Assembly (NCBI GenBank): GCA_000004985.1
Contig: GG738876.1
Source of the DNA: Naegleria gruberi
Lineage: Eukaryota
DNA: 64,000 bases
Strand: one strand, 5' to 3'
Positions 62,667 through 64,000 of this stretch are shown here, piece after piece (within the stretch, counting starts at the first letter, position 1; the number at the start of each line of letters is the position of its first letter). The notes under the pieces are model-generated. The model was given only the letters and a program-made list of their open reading frames with translations, was not told the origin of the DNA and made no database searches. The position numbers and the translations under genes are program-made.

Positions 62667-64000
62667 ATGTCCAACAACGAAAATGATGCTATTGAAATTG
62701 ATTTAATGGAAGACGATGATGAAGAAGACGAAGAAGAAGAAGAGGAAATAAAAATTGCCAATAATGAGGAGATAATCCTTTCCGATGATGAAGAGGAAGA
62801 CGATGATGACGATATGGAGGATGAAGACGCAAAGTTTATAGTAGAGGAAACAGCAGAAGGCATACCGGAACAAATCCAAGATCCGATGATGGTTGTTGCA
62901 GATTTATTGAATGAAGAACAAACAGACCTTCAAAAGGATAATGAAGAAACAGAAGTGGAAACTGAAACTAATCAACCTCAAACCGAAACTAAGTCATTGA
63001 GTCTTGCTGCTCAAGTAGCTGTTTATTTGAAAGGAACGCAAAATATTGTAGTTGAAAAAGAAGAGTCAATTGCAAAAAGTATATATTGCACTGCTCTGTC
63101 TTATCATTCTAAACGTGATTATGATAGAGCCATCGATTATTATTTCAAAGTTTTGAAACGTGAATTCGTGGATCAAGCTCTTGTAGATCCGTTACAAAAA
63201 GAATTTTTTGAAATCAAACAAAACACATTCATTTATTTGAAATATTTGTCTCTTAAAAACCTTGGAGCTATTTTCCTTGCCAAGAAGAATTATTCAGATG
63301 CATCAATTTCCCTTGCAAAAGCTCTCACTATTGAAGATAAGGATACGTCCTTATGGTATGATTATGGTGTGGCTTGTTTTAAAAATAATGATCATGCAGC
63401 TGCCAAATTAGCACTGGAAAAAACTATAATACTCAATCCTAATCACTACCCAGCCTTTAACTTGCTTTTAGAGTTGTCATACATTGTTGGTGATATTGAG
63501 GGATGTGATTCTGTTTCCAAAGATATTTTGAAATTAAGCAGTGACCACAAGGTAGCCAATTTTGTTCAAAAAGAAATTCACCCAAGCCCATATCATCTGC
63601 TTTTCTTTCAAAACACAGCTCTAAGCAATTCTCTCTATAAGGGATGGTGTAATTATTGTATACCCGAAGATGAGAAAGATGAAACACACAAATGCCTTGT
63701 TAAAATATCAGAACTTGATTGGAAATTTATTTGTACAAAATTACTGAAAATTTATGCTTACATGAAGTCTGATTGCGAGATATTGATTATGTATGAGGAG
63801 AAGGATATCATAGCAGAGACGAATGAAACAACCGATGAAGTAGTAGAGGAAACAGTTGTTGATGAGCCAAAAGCACAAGAGTCACTGAGAAGATTTAAAC
63901 GAAAGAGATATGATCTAGGAGTTCCTCTGTAAGTATTTAAGAATAATTATTGTACTAACATTTTCAAGTTCAAAAAAGCCAAAAACTTTAGCAGGAACTC
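62667..64000 (+). CDS. CABIN1/Hir3-like TPR protein (HIRA histone-chaperone complex subunit), 5-prime part only: exon 1 62667..63928, exon 2 starts 63969 and runs off the window
   Basis: An acidic N-terminus is followed by TPR-like helices. These align with the human CABIN1 N-terminus (NLGAIFLAKKNYSDASISLAKALTIEDKDTSLWYDYG versus [51 protein letters not shown] versus NPDHWPCLDNLITVL). The terminal TAA of the track ORF lies inside the GTAAGT donor. Intron 63929..63968 is 40 nt, with a TACTAAC branch 9 nt before the AAG acceptor. Confidence 0.6.

Noticed and set aside
1-64000. Prokaryotic-style features (operons, CRISPR arrays, IS elements, defence islands) and start codons as printed in the ORF track
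   Set aside because: The sequence is eukaryotic, with spliceosomal introns, poly-N proteins, and tubulin, RhoGEF, CAMSAP and CABIN1 homologues. Many track ORFs begin at TTG, GTG or ATT translated as M. I replaced these by the first in-frame ATG, and no bacterial system is present.

Overview
This 64 kb window is AT-rich eukaryotic nuclear DNA. Coding sequence is roughly 35-40% GC and intergenic sequence far lower. I count about 29 protein-coding genes on both strands, so gene density is high. Many are interrupted by very short spliceosomal introns of 39-110 nt. Donors are GTAAGT, GTAGGT or GTATGT and acceptors are YAG, and one intron has a TACTAAC branch point. Many proteins carry Asn/Gln/Ser/Lys low-complexity tracts. 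I found no rRNA, tRNA, CRISPR array, transposon or prokaryotic operon.

The ORF track has three artefacts. It uses bacterial start codons, so many listed 'M' residues are really TTG, GTG or ATT. It omits ORFs that run off the window edge, which hides a gene of more than 1070 codons at 1..3214 on the minus strand. It reads through intron donors, so several true genes are split across or truncated in the track.

Recognisable genes:
- delta-tubulin
- DUF4246 protein
- auxin-efflux-carrier-family transporter
- GNAT acetyltransferase next to a ROK-family sugar kinase
- gamma-glutamyltranspeptidase
- two paralogous proteins sharing a C-terminal RWP-RK-like domain (KWP variant)
- two tandem receptor-type class III adenylyl cyclases, with an RCC1-like gene between them
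- large coiled-coil protein with a calponin-homology domain
- DDX60/Ski2-like DExH helicase (2147 aa)
- atypical N-acylated Ras-superfamily GTPase
- Apd1/Aim32-type sucrase/ferredoxin-like protein
- 4-exon Dbl-homology RhoGEF
- NO66/MINA-type JmjC ribosomal oxygenase
- C-factor-like SDR containing a 21-nt micro-exon
- CAMSAP/patronin-type CKK-domain protein
- partial CABIN1/Hir3-like TPR protein

My best lineage guess is a centriole or flagellum-bearing opisthokont-like microbe with fungal-type introns, possibly a zoosporic fungus. Delta-tubulin and the CKK domain imply centrioles. DUF4246, Hir3 and Apd1 point towards fungi. I cannot name the species.

All intron coordinates were derived by hand and may be off by 1-2 nt.
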